From contig MCFH01000066.1 of assembly GCA_002104945.1 (NCBI GenBank), positions 1-64,000 of the forward strand: a DNA stretch of 64,000 bases, read 5' to 3'. The notes under the pieces are model-generated. The model made no database searches. It was not told where the DNA came from and saw only the letters and a list, made by a program, of their open reading frames with translations. This stretch comes from Piromyces finnis finn. Its lineage: Eukaryota; Fungi; Neocallimastigomycota. The translations under genes and the position numbers were made by a program. How positions within the stretch are numbered: the stretch's first letter is position 1; the number at the start of each line of letters is the position of its first letter. This document shows, in pieces, positions 61,853 to 64,000 of the stretch.

Positions 61853-64000
61853 ATCAATACATCAAAAACTTATCACATGAAAAACACCTGGCTTACAAAA
61901 ATATTAAGCCCCTTTCAGATTGCGCTGACATGGAAAATTATCTTAACCAGTTCTCCATATACCAAAATCTATGTAATACCATCAAAAAGATTAAGAGTAA
62001 ATTCAGATCCAATCTCTATAAAGCTAATATTGTTTCTATCGGTAAACATTTTATTGATAAAAGCTTTAGACAAGGTTGGAAAGGCCTTAAAAAACTTGCC
62101 AAACCAAGTTATTCGTCCTCCCATATTTCAACTATTAAAGACAAGAATGGCAAGGATTTATTTACTCTTCAAGAACAATTAAAACGTTGGGCTGAACATT
62201 ATGAAAATCTTGCATCTGATGTTACAAATCACAGCTTAAATCGTGGTTGCTGGGAAAGAGCATTCCAATTCAACCATATCAATCAAATAGCATGGGATAT
62301 AAATGGTCCCATTTCTATTGAGGAAATTAGGAATGTTGTTCTGTAAATGAAGAATAATAAGGCTCCAGGTCCCGATGGTATCCCAATTGAATTTTTCAAA
62401 GCTTTCTTTTGTAACAAAGAACTGGAAAAAGAACATAAGTCTGCTGGAAATTGTCTTAAATTAATTTTTAATAAAATCTGGAATGGTTCCTTTCCTTTGA
62501 AATGGAACTCTGCTTCCATTGTTTCTATTCCAAAGAAAGGCGATCTTTCAGACTGTAATAATTATCGTGGTATTTCTCTCATCAATGTAGGTCTTAAAAT
62601 TATTTCAAAAATTGTAACTAATAGAATTTTAAAGTATGCTCTTTCTCATAACTTTATAAGACCTGAGCAATTTGGTTTTCGCAATAAAGAAGAATGTATT
62701 AGCTTATTTATTTCCATTAGAGAAATCTGTCAAAGAAGGAAATTTAAAGGAAAAGCCACTTATGTCGCCTTTCTAGACCTTAAAAAAGCATACGACTCAG
62801 TTCCTATTTTTAATATCCTTACAAAGTTATATAAATTAGGTATACGTGTTAAATGTTTTGATTTTCTCAATAATCTCTACTCTACCTCTAAAGCTCGTGC
62901 ACGTTTCTTGGATATGCTTTCCAATGAATTCCCTATAAACCGTGGTGTAAGACAAGGATGTCCTCTTTCTCCTATACTGTTTAACCTCTTTATCAATGAT
63001 ATTTTAAATAAATGTGAAAGGCTTGGGGTTAGCTTAGGTAATAAACGTTGTTGTGGTGGCCTTTTCGCTGATGATATTGTTCTGATTGCTCCTAGCAAGA
63101 AGAACCTTCAAAAGATGCTCAATCTAGTGCATGATTGGGCTAATTTAAATGAAATGTCTTTTGGAATAAATAAATGTGCAACTATTGTTGTTAAACCTAT
63201 CAACTTTAATAGATCCCCTAGTTATGTCGACCCAACATTTTACATCGGTATGTACTCGATTCCAAAGGTTTCTTGCTATACTTATCTTGGAATCCCATTC
63301 GACGAAGATCTTTCTTTGACTCCTATTCTGTCTAATATGTACAAAAAAGTTCAGAAATCTTTATTCTCTTTTAAGAACTTCCTCACCAACAATTGTGTTC
63401 CTATTGGCTTAAAAAACATAGTAATTCATTCTTATATTTTAAGCAAAGTCTCTTATTATGCTCCTTTGCTTGGTTCCAACAAAAATAGAACTAGAAGAGT
63501 CCAATCTCTTATCAATACTGCTGTTTTATGGAGTGTCAATAGCTTTCACAATAAAAGTTTTAATAACAAAGATTTTGTTTTTGAACGAAATTCATTTATT
63601 AGTCTGTATGCTCTTACAAGAGATATGAAGATCCCTACCCTTTCAGGTATTTGTGCTGCGCAACAAGTGGAATGCTTTGTTAAATGGAGAAAATCAAATT
63701 GTATAATTAAAGATCTCGTCCGATCTATTCCTCCCATGTCTCATTACTCTTGGGCCAAAGAAGCTTATGAAAATAAATATTAAAAGTACTAAAGATATTA
63801 AAGAATACTATTGGAATAATAGTAGCCTAAATAATGGAAGTAAAGCCCTCAGATATACTAACAACAAATTCCTTAATTCAAATCGCCTAATGCATATCGG
63901 TCTCAACAAACCTCACTTAAATTTAGGAATTACCTGGATTATTCGTAATCGATGCAGTTATGAATACACTATCCGAATTGCTATTGCCAGTAATAGAGTT
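61853..64000 (+). mobile_element. 5'-truncated LINE family 2 copy (RT region), runs off the window end
   Basis: Highly similar to ~19037-21200; TCA>TAA at 62344; deletion/frameshift near 63762. Confidence 0.9.

Overview
Very AT-rich, intron-containing eukaryotic DNA. Composition plus CBM18 and Gal_Lectin-GT34 genes suggest an anaerobic gut fungus (Neocallimastigomycota); this is an inference. The window is mostly a nest of retrotransposons that 5-bp (LTR) and 13-15-bp (LINE) target-site duplications (TSDs) largely resolve. It holds four Ty3/Gypsy chromovirus-type elements (one with an intact 1627-aa ORF and apparently identical LTRs), many solo or partial LTRs, Ty1/Copia remnants and two families of APE-type LINEs. 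Two host genes are visible: a spliced secreted LRR + 3xCBM18 gene (9653-11795) and a spliced SUEL/Gal-lectin + GT34 gene (59800-61317). The main finding is an ~80-nt covarying, apparently pseudoknotted RNA motif present in three full copies plus a half copy. One copy begins exactly at the TSD-defined first base of a full-length LINE, and I cannot match it by eye to known ribozyme cores, so it is a candidate new self-cleaving or 5'-end-processing RNA. Also, all three TSD-bounded Ty3 elements have Tf1-type self-complementary primer sites rather than tRNA PBSs. Bases 1-~970 look like a fold-back read artefact. Family letters (A-J, LINE 1/2) are my own labels.
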